Made by a program: the position numbers and the translations under genes
IMG/VR virus record: IMGVR_UViG_3300037247_001786
Coordinates: 384,001-448,000 of that record
Strand: one strand, 5' to 3'
DNA length: 64,000 bases
DNA from: a virus
Lineage: Duplodnaviria; Caudoviricetes
Shown here: positions 54,524 through 64,000 of the stretch, piece by piece
Layout: each line of letters starts with the position of its first letter
How positions within the stretch are numbered: the stretch's first letter is position 1
Notes under the pieces: generated by a model
Seen by the model: the letters and a program-made list of their open reading frames with translations, nothing else
What the model was told of the DNA's origin: nothing
The model's database searches: none

Positions 54524-54692
54524 TGCCGCAAAAAAGTGATTTATTTGATTTTTTATTATATCCAAAAAAATTTTCCGTGACTAGTGGAGGATATTAGGGC
54601 AAGATGGTTTATCTTTTCCTTTTCGGCAAAAAAAAGTAGGATTTGGCAATTTATTGTCGAAGTATATTTATTGAATTATATAAGGACATATT

Positions 54693-56747
54693 ATGAATAT
54701 AAAAAAGTTTTTGCATAAGATAGCTCAAATGGCAGATTTTCAAACTCCTGTGGAGCCAGTAGTAGAGCAACCTCAACCAATTCCTCAAGAAGAACCTGTA
54801 CTTCAAGGTGTTCCTCAACTTGGACCTCAAGCCCCCGAGATGGCTCCAGTAATGATCCAGACAGATGTTGCGGAATGGAAACCTAGTAGAGGTCGTAACA
54901 AAGGCACTGCCTACTATTATCTCCAGTTAATGAATGTTCCTTCAGGTCCTATAAGTGAACATTTTAAAGTTTTAGGGTATAAATTCAACAACAAATTTAA
55001 TGTATGGTCGAAACAGGTTAAACATGATAATGTTTTAGGCGTTGAAGCCGAACTGAATGAAGTATCACAACAATTTAATACTCCTATTTCTATGGATGCT
55101 ATCGCAAAATTACAAGATATATTTGGTTTTTCTGGTGACACTTCTACAGAGATAGGTGGCGATGACGCTGCATCTGATATTCAAAAAATTAAATTCATGG
55201 ACGTTGAAGATAAAGAGAAATTTGCCATAGCTAAAGATGTAGTTAGGCAGAAATTAGTGGAGATAGTAGATAATATAGCTACTCCTGAGACTCAAGCTTT
55301 TTTAGATCAACTTACAAGTCTTAATAATAAATTTTATAAATATAGCCGTTTAAATAGCATGTTAATTGCTTGGCAAAATGCTGGCATTGATCCTACTTCT
55401 GGAAAAGCTGTTCCTCGTTCAGGAACTGTTTCTTCTCTTGGGGCTTGGGATAAAAAATTTGGTAGAAAGATTAAAGATGAAGAAGTAGGTAAAGGAATGG
55501 ATATCTTTGTTCCAACAGGTGGAGGTACTAAACCAGTACAGCCAGCTACTATGGCTACTCTTTTAAATGGGATTAGTAGATTTATGGGAATGAATGGTGG
55601 AGATGCTCCATTAGAGGGTGAAAACATTGCTAAGTTTTTAGGTTTTATGAAGAGCCTTATTGCAAACAGTAAAAAAGATTTTGGTAAGGGTAAGATATGG
55701 AAAACTAATTACGATTATATGCTATCTGTTATAAATAAGAATAGGGACAGTATTAAAACTGTTAATCAATTAGCTGGTTATTTAAAAGGTAAGTTAGATA
55801 GTGGTGAAAAGGATGAATATTCTGCTCCTTTACGATTTAAAATAGGTCCAGTATATGATATGGAACAAACGGAAGTTATTCCTGGTCAAGAAGATAAAGA
55901 TCCTAAAGCAGAGATGGATAGAGTTGAGGGGATGTGGTTAGGTCAGAATAATAGTCCTGACGAGAGAACTATCTCTATTAGGGATTTAGCTATGAAAGCA
56001 GCAGGAAATGGTAAAATATGGAAAGGAAAAAATATCACAGTTGGTCTTGATGAAAATACAGGTAGAGCTGGAGGCCGGTCAACAGGAGAAGAAATTCAAA
56101 TTAGCGACAAAAGTGTTGGAGAGAGAGAACTCTACACCCTTATGCACGAATTAGCTCATTCAGTTCTTCATTTTGGGGACAAAAGGGCTATGAGTACTTC
56201 AGAAGAAAGAGAAACTGATGCGGAAGGGGCAGCTTATGTAGTAATGGGTCATTATGGATTTACTAACAGTAATGAAAGAACATATAACTATCTTGCGAAT
56301 TGGACTCAAAAAAATAAAAATGCAAAAGATTTTATTATGACAAGATTTGAGCCTATTTTGGAAGCGGCGAATGCGATTATTGCTGGTATAGAACAACAAA
56401 AAATGGAAGATTACGGTAGCAGAACTGCTTCTAATTGGTATAGTAGAATAGTCCTATCAAAGATATCAGATACAGGAGAAGGTATTTATATTAAATATGC
56501 TCATTATTCTGAGCCAGAACAAAAGGGCGAAGGCAGAGGTGGACCTGGTCAATTTGGAGAAAGACGTTTAGACGATTGGTCAAGTGATCATAGAGAAGAG
56601 ATAGCTATAATGACAGCAATTGTAAAAAGACAAGACTGGACAGCTTTTGAACAATATAGACAAAAGCTGTTAAACCACTATGAATCTCCTTATAACCAGC
56701 AAATAGTTAATAGCATTGTTTCTGCTGCCACGCAAGGAAAAATATAG
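54693..56747 (+). CDS. Polyvalent-type protein: ArdC-like N-terminal domain + zincin (MPTase/ImmA-like) domain
   Basis: FYKYSRLNSMLIAWQ, VFDxxQT-like VYDMEQT (ArdC-like); LMHELAHSVLH...ERETDAEGAAYVVMGHYG...YNYLANW. Confidence 0.75.
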   Translation: MNIKKFLHKIAQMADFQTPVEPVVEQPQPIPQEEPVLQGVPQLGPQAPEMAPVMIQTDVAEWKPSRGRNKGTAYYYLQLMNVPSGPISEHFKVLGYKFNNKFNVWSKQVKHDNVLGVEAELNEVSQQFNTPISMDAIAKLQDIFGFSGDTSTEIGGDDAASDIQKIKFMDVEDKEKFAIAKDVVRQKLVEIVDNIATPETQAFLDQLTSLNNKFYKYSRLNSMLIAWQNAGIDPTSGKAVPRSGTVSSLGAWDKKFGRKIKDEEVGKGMDIFVPTGGGTKPVQPATMATLLNGISRFMGMNGGDAPLEGENIAKFLGFMKSLIANSKKDFGKGKIWKTNYDYMLSVINKNRDSIKTVNQLAGYLKGKLDSGEKDEYSAPLRFKIGPVYDMEQTEVIPGQEDKDPKAEMDRVEGMWLGQNNSPDERTISIRDLAMKAAGNGKIWKGKNITVGLDENTGRAGGRSTGEEIQISDKSVGERELYTLMHELAHSVLHFGDKRAMSTSEERETDAEGAAYVVMGHYGFTNSNERTYNYLANWTQKNKNAKDFIMTRFEPILEAANAIIAGIEQQKMEDYGSRTASNWYSRIVLSKISDTGEGIYIKYAHYSEPEQKGEGRGGPGQFGERRLDDWSSDHREEIAIMTAIVKRQDWTAFEQYRQKLLNHYESPYNQQIVNSIVSAATQGKI

Positions 56748-57288
56748 AGGATTTTTAACCTCGATATTTGAATATATTATATATGAAGATTGAATATATT
56801 AAAACAATTTTTTATATAGTATTAGGAATTATAGCTCTTGGAACATCTGTTCTTACTATTGATAAATATTTTGCAAAAGATAGAGAAGTAAAATTAGTTG
56901 CGAAGAGATTAGAGATTTCCATACACGATAGTGAAGTCTTCCGACAAGAGCAGCACATACAACAACTGCACAATTTCCGAGTTTTTGAACAAAAGAAAAA
57001 AGGCACTGAACTTACGGATATAGAAAAAGACACTTTTGATAAAGCTGATAAAAGGTTAGAAAAATTAGAAAAAGAAAAAGATATAAAAGTTAAACAATAT
57101 GAAGAGATAAAAAACTCCTTTTAATAGGTCGTTTTTATCTAATCTTTTATGTTCCCTAATGGGGTGAACACTCTGGTAATTTAATTATCAGAGTGTTTTT
57201 TATGATCTAAATAAAAATAATCCTTGAAAGTGATTTTATATATAGTAGAATAAGGGAACAAAAGAAATACAAATTTTAAGGAAATAAA

Positions 57289-58218
57289 ATGAGTGGATAT
57301 ACAGCAGGAATTGATATAGGCGATACAGTCTTTTTTGATGGTGAAGAAAAAATAGTAAAAGCTTACTTTTTTACATCTAACGGAGGTTGTCATAATAGTG
57401 ATATCATTTGTATAGAATTTGAAGATGGCACTGATAACGGAGATACTGGTTTATCAAAAATCAGTAAGTTTAAAATGAACGATGATCCTAAATGGAAAGA
57501 TCCTAAATGGATGGAAGAGCTTATGGACGCAGAAGATAAAGCATTCGCTGGTGGCGTACTGGATGACGGTACAGTTATTCCTGCTGGCGTTGGAGCAATA
57601 AGCCCTAAACTACTCGAACTTATTAATAGAGGTCTGGATGTCGGAGTAAGCGACTTCGTAAAGAAGAGACATTTAGAAGAACTTCAATTCACTCATTTCG
57701 ATGGTAGTTGGGACGACCTTGTTATAAGAACTAAAGAGCAAATGAAGTTGGGCAATTGGTCTGAAGGCTACAGGGATGGCGTTCGTCTTATCCATATGAG
57801 CAAAGAAAACAGTAAAGATTTCTACGGTTACGATGGTTTCAAAAAATTCGAAGGCATGAAGATGGAAGCTGTCGTTGAAAAAGTTCCTGGTCGAGAGCAT
57901 GAACCGGCAAAACTTCAGATAAAGATACTTGAGAATAAGATTCGTATGCGTTATGTTGATATAATTCTTTACCGCAAGGACGTTCTCGAAGAAGATGGCG
58001 ATCCAGTAACGGGTGCTGATTGGGAAGTCATATCTATTAATGGTAGACTTCGTAAAGACCCTAATCCGATGAATCCACTAACAATGGTTCGTAACTATAG
58101 ACATCTTCCAGGTGGTTCATCTATGCCTGATAAAGATCCTGTAGAATTTCTTGATGAACTTATGGATGCAGTATTGCATGATAAAGGTATGAAACATTTA
58201 ATTAAAAGGAAAAAATAA
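57289..58218 (+). CDS. Hypothetical phage-type protein
   Basis: THFDGSWDDLV, SEGYRDGV, PMNPLTMVRN motifs; follows class II promoter at 57224. Confidence 0.6.
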   Translation: MSGYTAGIDIGDTVFFDGEEKIVKAYFFTSNGGCHNSDIICIEFEDGTDNGDTGLSKISKFKMNDDPKWKDPKWMEELMDAEDKAFAGGVLDDGTVIPAGVGAISPKLLELINRGLDVGVSDFVKKRHLEELQFTHFDGSWDDLVIRTKEQMKLGNWSEGYRDGVRLIHMSKENSKDFYGYDGFKKFEGMKMEAVVEKVPGREHEPAKLQIKILENKIRMRYVDIILYRKDVLEEDGDPVTGADWEVISINGRLRKDPNPMNPLTMVRNYRHLPGGSSMPDKDPVEFLDELMDAVLHDKGMKHLIKRKK

Positions 58219-58664
58219 TGGGAACAGATTGGCACAGTTACGCAGTAATAGGATTTGAAATTAATGTTGAGAAACTTTATACTGTGAGAGATATAAGAAG
58301 TTGTCGTTGTGTTGTTGAATTCGATGAGAATAAACCTCCTAATTTTTGCTCTCTTTGCGGCGAAGACTTTATGGAGGAAGAAAGATGTCCTATCGACGAC
58401 TATGATGAATATGATAAGATAAAAGATTTGGCTATTGCTTTTGGTACAGACCAGAGTACAGCCTTTATCGGTACTATTTCGAGAACAACTTCTAATGCAT
58501 GTTTCGATACAAGAAATAGAGACAAAAGAGCTTTTTTAAAAATAGATACTGATGTAGAAATAACGAAGCAAGCGATTAAGAACTCCCTTGGCGATGAACT
58601 ATTTAATACTCTCGTAAAGCCAGATACATTCGGGCTTCATTCTGTTCTCTACTGTTCTTACTAG
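58218..58664 (+). CDS. Zn-ribbon hypothetical protein, paralogue of 47480-47947
   Basis: Shared PPNFCS.CG motif and C-terminal FGL. Confidence 0.6.
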   Translation: MGTDWHSYAVIGFEINVEKLYTVRDIRSCRCVVEFDENKPPNFCSLCGEDFMEEERCPIDDYDEYDKIKDLAIAFGTDQSTAFIGTISRTTSNACFDTRNRDKRAFLKIDTDVEITKQAIKNSLGDELFNTLVKPDTFGLHSVLYCSY

Positions 58665-59005
58665 GAAAATAATGGAACTTTATGCAACACATAATGGTAT
58701 AGATGTTTATTTCTCTAAATTCGAAGATGATAAGGGAACTGAGTTCTGTAAAGCAAGAAAAAGGATAAGAGGCAAATATGACATATGCCCGTTTTGTCAA
58801 AAAGATGTGAAAGAAGGAACGATTTATCTTCTATTTAATAATTGGAAATTATTTCCGAATATTATTATTCACTTTCCTTGTTGTAATGGATTTCCGTCAG
58901 GACAAGCTGCTGTGAAATATTTGCATGAAGATTATCAAAAAGCATTAAAACATAAACATTGGTTTAATAAAGAATAGGTAATTTAATAAAGTAAAGGAAA
59001 AAGAC

Positions 59006-59671
59006 ATGAAGAAGATTTTAACATTAGTATTAGTAACAGCTTGTTTAGTGTTGGTCGGATGTGACGATTCTAAACCTACGCAATGGGACGTTATTAAAGA
59101 TGCCGACTGGGAAATTTGGGCAGAAGGGAAACTAACCGGCATTACTAAAGCTCCCGATCCTAGATGCGGAGATGACGATAACGAGTGCAGTAACCATCCC
59201 TTTATAGATCATTATGTTTTTAATAATGAGAAAACTGTCTGTATTCGCTTGATGAGAAATCCTGGGTTAATGTCTATTGGTCAAACTGGAACTTTATATA
59301 AGTACACTTACTACAGCAACAGTAAGGATGTCCATGCATGGTTTCAGTGGATTCAAGATAGGAGTGTTCCTGTCTCAAAACCAGATAACAAAACTAATAT
59401 TTCCGCGAAAAAAATATCTATTCCTACAAATAAAGATAATTATCTTCGAATTCAAATTGATAAAGAAGATAGCGAATGGAATCTTACTTCGAGCGGAAAC
59501 CCAGAGAGATATACTCCCGTTTTGATTAAATTTAAGAATGATACTTTATCTCTTGGTTATATCAACAGTATTAATGAGTGGAAATTGAGTATTAATCAGC
59601 GAGAAGATGAAGGCGGAGAAACGATAACTAAGAGCCAAATTATTTTTTGGAAAAGTGTTGACATTCGTTAA
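59006..59671 (+). CDS. Putative lipoprotein
   Basis: MKK + hydrophobic stretch + lipobox LVGC. Confidence 0.7.
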   Translation: MKKILTLVLVTACLVLVGCDDSKPTQWDVIKDADWEIWAEGKLTGITKAPDPRCGDDDNECSNHPFIDHYVFNNEKTVCIRLMRNPGLMSIGQTGTLYKYTYYSNSKDVHAWFQWIQDRSVPVSKPDNKTNISAKKISIPTNKDNYLRIQIDKEDSEWNLTSSGNPERYTPVLIKFKNDTLSLGYINSINEWKLSINQREDEGGETITKSQIIFWKSVDIR

Positions 59672-59681
59672 GGATTGTGAT

Positions 59682-60311
59682 ATGATGACTATAGATGAAT
59701 TAAACGACCAATTAGCTGATTGCAAAAAAGGGGATCATGACTTAAAGGTCATTGTTCAAGAATCTTGCCTCAATGCCGCTGGCTACGTTGTAAGATGGTG
59801 TAAGATATGCGGTTCTGTTGTTGTGGATGCAGAATGCGATAATAGAGTTTATCCTGGACGAGTTATGAAAATGATTGGACCAGGACTTTATCAGGAATTT
59901 AGAAAAAAGACAAAAAAGTACAAAAAAGTTTTAGTTATCGACCATGACAAATTTAGTTCTGGAGATATGAAGTTCTTTATAGAAGATGAGGGGCATTCTT
60001 GTACTGTTTGCTCTGATACTAATAACTTTATGGAATTATGGGATAGTATCGAAGAATTCGATTTAATATTTATTGAACTTATGATGCTCAGAGGTAAGAA
60101 CTTCTTTACTCTCAAAAATAATGAAAAAGATTTAGATACAGGCGAAATTATTTTCAAGAGAATTAGAAAAAAATATCGCAAAAAAGAAATCGTAATTGTT
60201 ACGGCTAAAAATAAAGAAGATATTTCTATAAACACAAAAAAAGTATCGATAATACATAAACCATTAAATGATGAAAAATGGGAAAAATTCATAGAATATT
60301 TAAAAGGATAG
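59682..60311 (+). CDS. Cys-rich N-terminal domain fused to an atypical response-regulator receiver domain
   Basis: KVLVIDHD...FDLIFIELMM...IVIVTAK...IIHKPL; phosphoacceptor position is Glu. Confidence 0.65.
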   Translation: MMTIDELNDQLADCKKGDHDLKVIVQESCLNAAGYVVRWCKICGSVVVDAECDNRVYPGRVMKMIGPGLYQEFRKKTKKYKKVLVIDHDKFSSGDMKFFIEDEGHSCTVCSDTNNFMELWDSIEEFDLIFIELMMLRGKNFFTLKNNEKDLDTGEIIFKRIRKKYRKKEIVIVTAKNKEDISINTKKVSIIHKPLNDEKWEKFIEYLKG

Positions 60312-60315
60312 AATT

Positions 60316-60993
60316 ATGGCACTTAGAAAACAAAAAGGTAATATGTACGAATTTATAACTCATGTTTGGAGTCCTCTCAGGGGTAAATGTAAGCATGACT
60401 GTTCATATTGCTATATGAAGAAATTCGAGTTGGATAATATGAAGTTAGACGAGAAAGACCTCATGACGAAACTTGGCGAAGATAAGATTATCTTTGTCGG
60501 ACATACGGTTGACTTGTTTGCTGATGATGTCCCTACTGAATGGATTGAAAAGATTTTAACACAGTTAAGAGCTTATCCTAAAAATAGGTATCTTTTGCAG
60601 AGTAAAAATCCTGCAAGGATAATAGATTTCGCAGAACAGCTTCCTCCTGATGTTTTTCTTGGAACAACAATTGAAACGAATCGTACTGAGTACTACGAGT
60701 CTAAGGCTCCTTCATATATTGAAAGGGCAGAAGCTTTAGGCGAGTTAAGCAAGATGGGTTTCGAGACGATGGTAACTATTGAGCCTATTTTTGATTTTGA
60801 TTTAGATGAGTTAATAGATCTTGTAATTACTGCTAATCCAGCATGGATTAATGTTGGGGCAGACAGTAAAGGTCACGATTTACCTGAACCCTCTAAAGAG
60901 AAAGTAACTGCTCTTATTGAGACATTACAGACAAAGACTGATGTTGAGTTAAAAAGAAATCTTAGTAGGATATTAGAGGATATGCCATCATGA
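60316..60993 (+). CDS. Radical-SAM-like DUF5131 (Gp37/Gp68) family protein
   Basis: WSPLRGKCKHDCSYCY, IFVGHTVDLF, LLQSKNP, LGTTIET, IEPI, WINVGA. Confidence 0.8.
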   Translation: MALRKQKGNMYEFITHVWSPLRGKCKHDCSYCYMKKFELDNMKLDEKDLMTKLGEDKIIFVGHTVDLFADDVPTEWIEKILTQLRAYPKNRYLLQSKNPARIIDFAEQLPPDVFLGTTIETNRTEYYESKAPSYIERAEALGELSKMGFETMVTIEPIFDFDLDELIDLVITANPAWINVGADSKGHDLPEPSKEKVTALIETLQTKTDVELKRNLSRILEDMPS

Positions 60994-62273
60994 CGGAAGA
61001 CCTTTTAGAGAGAATAGCTAGTTCTCTTTTAGGGACTTGTAATTCTATAGAAATGCTTTTAGAAAGTATGGATATAGAAGATTATGATGTCGAAGAAATT
61101 GAAGATGCTATTTTAGATTTTCAAGTAGAGCGATGTAGTGGTTGCGGATGGTGGTTTGAATGCCATGAATTAGAATCGGAAAAAGAAAACGGAAAATGTA
61201 AGGATTGCAGATGATTAATAGAGCGTCAATGATAAAAGATTTTTTAACATATGTGAAAGGGCGTAGTTTTTTATATCTTCGTTCAGTTTCTACTAATAAA
61301 AAGATTACTACTTGTGATGAAGAAAGAGAGAGGGAACTGATAGGAGATTTTGTATCAGATGTTTCTATAAATAATAGAGATAATTTTCCTAAATTATTTG
61401 AAGCTTTTTTAATGGATATAGAAGGAGATAAAGCTCATTATATGATCGTAGATGAGCTTGGTTTCGCTGGGTATCAAACCTCTCCTGTCAATAACCTATT
61501 GAAAAGAAATATAAAATGTAAAGCTGGAACTATCTTTTTTGTTTCTATGTCGAATTATAAACAAGGAGCAAAAGCAGAATTTATGCCTTGGGTATCACAA
61601 GCGGCAAGTAAGAATCTTGTAGATCTAATAACTCAACATAATGAAGAAGAGTTAGATAACATATACGGTTGGATGTCAGATAGACTTATAGAATATGGTA
61701 AATTTAAAGATGGAGATAAAATCATTGAACGTATCGGAGAAACTTTAAGCGATTACTATAAAAGAAAAGGAGATGTCTAATGACTAAAAAAAGCATGTTC
61801 AATAGTCCAGAATTTGGGAAAGTAGTTCTATCGGGATTAGACTGGATAGATGCTAATGCCGCTGAATGTAATCGTCTCAAAACGGAGACTATGGACGGGC
61901 ATACGTTAGTTGAAGGATCAGAAGTCTTTTCTGCTCATGACCCTTTTTATCCAGTTGTAATTGAGAAACTTCTACCTGACTCTAAAATGTGTCGTATTAA
62001 ATGTCGTAATAGAGAAGATAGACGTAAAAAATATACTATAGAAGCTCATAATAAAGAACTCTTTCTTGACGCGAAAAGAGCGTTTGAGTTAGCTATTAAG
62101 AAACTTGATGAAAAAAAGAAAAAGCTTACTTGCAATATTAACGACGCTGAAAAAATAATTGAACAACTGGTAAAAGAGCGTAATGAGTTACTTAATGGCT
62201 GGGCTAGGGTACTTAATAAAGAGAACCCTCAAAATATTCCCTGGCCAATGGAATATGGAAAGTAAAAAATAAG

Positions 62274-62744
62274 ATGAAAAAAGTAACTTTATATTCTGAT
62301 GGTGCTTGTTCTGTAAACCCTGGACCTGGTGGTTGGGGAACCATTCTAGAATATAATGGCACAAAAAAGGAATTTTCTAATGGTTATAGAAGAACAACAA
62401 ATAACCGTATGGAACTTATGGGCATAATAGAACCTCTGCGTCTCCTTAAAGAACCATGTCAAGTTGAGATTTATACAGATTCTCAATACATTGTTCATGC
62501 TGTAACGAAAGATTGGCTAAGTGGGTGGGTCAAAAGAGACTGGAAACGTAGTGATAGGATGCCAGTTGCGAATGTCGATCTCTGGAAGTTGCTTTTAGAG
62601 CAGCTGGACGTTCACCAGTTGTCTTTTTATTGGATTAGGGGTCATAACGAGCATGCGGAGAACGAACGCTGTGACGAGATAGCTGTGTTCACTAGACAAC
62701 AGAGCAATTTAGGGATAGATACGGAGTATGAAAATAATAAATGA
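62274..62744 (+). CDS. rnhA: Ribonuclease HI
   Basis: YSDGACSVNPGPGGWG, TTNNRMEL, YTDSQY, NVDLW, WIRGH..HAENERCDE: full D-E-D-D set. Confidence 0.97.
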   Translation: MKKVTLYSDGACSVNPGPGGWGTILEYNGTKKEFSNGYRRTTNNRMELMGIIEPLRLLKEPCQVEIYTDSQYIVHAVTKDWLSGWVKRDWKRSDRMPVANVDLWKLLLEQLDVHQLSFYWIRGHNEHAENERCDEIAVFTRQQSNLGIDTEYENNK

Positions 62745-62962
62745 CAGCTTTAGATTTAGATAAAGATGATGAAGGTATCATCATAAGAATAAGTGGGCGT
62801 GGTAAAATAAAACATAGACTTGTAACTTTAGGATTTTTTAAAGGCAACTCTATATGCATGTTACATAAATCTCTGGGGAATGCTTTATTGCAAGTAGGAA
62901 CTTCAAGAATAGCCGTCTCGACGAAGTTATTAAATAGAATTGAATTGGAGAGAATAGGATGA
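62741..62962 (+). CDS. feoA: FeoA domain (SH3-like) protein
   Basis: LDLDKDDEGIIIRISG...HRLVTLGFFKG...LLQVGTSRIAV. Confidence 0.7.
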   Translation: MTALDLDKDDEGIIIRISGRGKIKHRLVTLGFFKGNSICMLHKSLGNALLQVGTSRIAVSTKLLNRIELERIG

Positions 62963-63264
62963 CGAATAAATTACCTATTATTTATATCTTTTTTGATAGA
63001 GCAAGAAGTACAGAAGATGGTGGATCTGGAGTTGCGATAACGGAAGATGGGAAAAAGATAGCTGGGCATCACTGCTCTTCTCCTTGTTTCGTTAAATGTG
63101 ATTTAGGTCGTTCAGAACTTCATAAAGAGTGTTATTCTGTTCTCTATCCAGATGGATATGATTTAAAGCATATTTATAACTCTGTATCATCTGGTGACCC
63201 TTCTTTTTTAAAGGCTTTAAAGATTTACAACTTACATATTACTTAATAATTGAGAGATCAAACT

Positions 63265-63543
63265 ATGACTGAACAAAACAACGATGAACAACAGGTGGAT
63301 ACTATATCCAGCCAAGATTCATGCCCTATATGTGGGGAACTAGCATTAGATTATAATGAGCATATCTGTTTAAAAAAGATATTAGAAGAGATAGACGAAG
63401 AAAATGAAAATGAGATACTTGAGGACGAAGAGTCGGTCGAGTACGAAGACAAAACTTATGGCGAAAAGTTAGATGATGCCGAGTTTATAGATAATTACTA
63501 TGAAGAATATGGGGTTGACGACGAAGACGATGATATTTTTTAA
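63265..63543 (+). CDS. Zn-ribbon + highly acidic tail protein
   Basis: CPICGE...HIC followed by EEIDEENENEILEDEESVEYED...VDDEDDDIF. Confidence 0.6.
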   Translation: MTEQNNDEQQVDTISSQDSCPICGELALDYNEHICLKKILEEIDEENENEILEDEESVEYEDKTYGEKLDDAEFIDNYYEEYGVDDEDDDIF

Positions 63544-63704
63544 AAGGAGTAATGTTCTATTACCAGAATATATAAGTTAGAATATTTAAACTCCGAATTA
63601 AAGTATTCTAGCAAAATATATACTATATAATATAAAGAGTAATTTCTTTTCCTTTATCGGAGTTTAGGACTAGATTTTACTCTTTTTTTATGCGGAGGAC
63701 GGGA

Positions 63705-64000
63705 ATGAGTAAAAAATATACAATAGAGTTTGTTAGAAACTATTTCAAGGAGCAAGGATGCAAGTTATTAGAAAAGGAGTATGTAAATAGTAAAGTCAAG
63801 ATGAGATACAAATGTGTTTGTGGGAATATAAGTAAAATATGTTTTAATCATTTTAGTCGAGGACATAGATGCCGAAAATGCGGAGGATGTCAAAAATATA
63901 CTTTCGAAGATATTAAAAATTATTTTTTAGATAATAATTGCGAATTATTAGAAAATGAATACAAAAACAATAGATATCTTTTAAAATATAAATGTGAATG
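63705..64000 (+). CDS. Partial homing-endonuclease-type protein (repeated Zn-finger N-terminus), cut by window end
   Basis: MSKKYTIEFVRNYFKEQGCKLLEKEYVNSKVKMRYKCVCGN...GHRCRKCGG-QKYTFEDIKNYF..NNCELLENEY tandem repeat; not in the ORF track. Confidence 0.65.
   Translation, partial: MSKKYTIEFVRNYFKEQGCKLLEKEYVNSKVKMRYKCVCGNISKICFNHFSRGHRCRKCGGCQKYTFEDIKNYFLDNNCELLENEYKNNRYLLKYKCE

Noticed and set aside
57185-57215. ATCAGAGTG as an element copy outside the array
   Set aside because: No GCC and no TTAT box at the fixed distance.
2133-60292. Minus-strand ORFs in the six-frame track
   Set aside because: All are antisense shadows of + strand genes, with no SD or recognisable motifs.
57-64000. Stop-codon reassignment (code 15 or 4)
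   Set aside because: Long conserved genes (PARP, SPFH, RNase HI) are intact in code 11, TAG and TGA act as stops, and there is no suppressor tRNA here.

Overview
AT-rich segment of a large (jumbo-type) tailed-phage genome. Essentially all credible genes are on the + strand and read in the standard code. The dominant structure is a ~44-kb array (1-44,335) of one- to few-gene expression cassettes. Each cassette is headed by the same bipartite element, (TAAT)TTGCCAGAGT-N15-TTAT-N5-TRT, followed by a leader, a GGAG Shine-Dalgarno and ATG. I count 63 complete copies by eye plus one cut by the window start; the GCCAGAGT core is invariant. The element abuts or overlaps the stop codon of the preceding gene, truncates an SPFH paralogue, forms position-dependent subfamilies (up to 61 bp identical), and also heads cassettes carrying structured non-coding RNAs. 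This points to a promoter that doubles as a gene-shuffling joint, analogous to but distinct from T4-type PeSL cassettes. Recognisable cargo: two tandem sigma-70-family factors, four tRNAs (Glu-CTC, Arg-TCT, Arg-CCT, Arg-ACG), a GHKL ATPase-HExxH protein, SPFH proteins, a WGR-PARP with intact H-Y-E triad, an HNH endonuclease, a macro domain, a DUF932-like protein, a P-loop kinase, an isochorismatase-like hydrolase and a radical SAM protein. After a boundary at ~44.3-44.7 kb the element disappears and other promoter types appear. That part encodes an ArdC-like/zincin polyvalent protein, a degenerate receiver domain, a DUF5131-like radical SAM, RNase HI, FeoA and a partial HNH-type gene. All calls are by eye from sequence motifs; no searches or folding programs were run.
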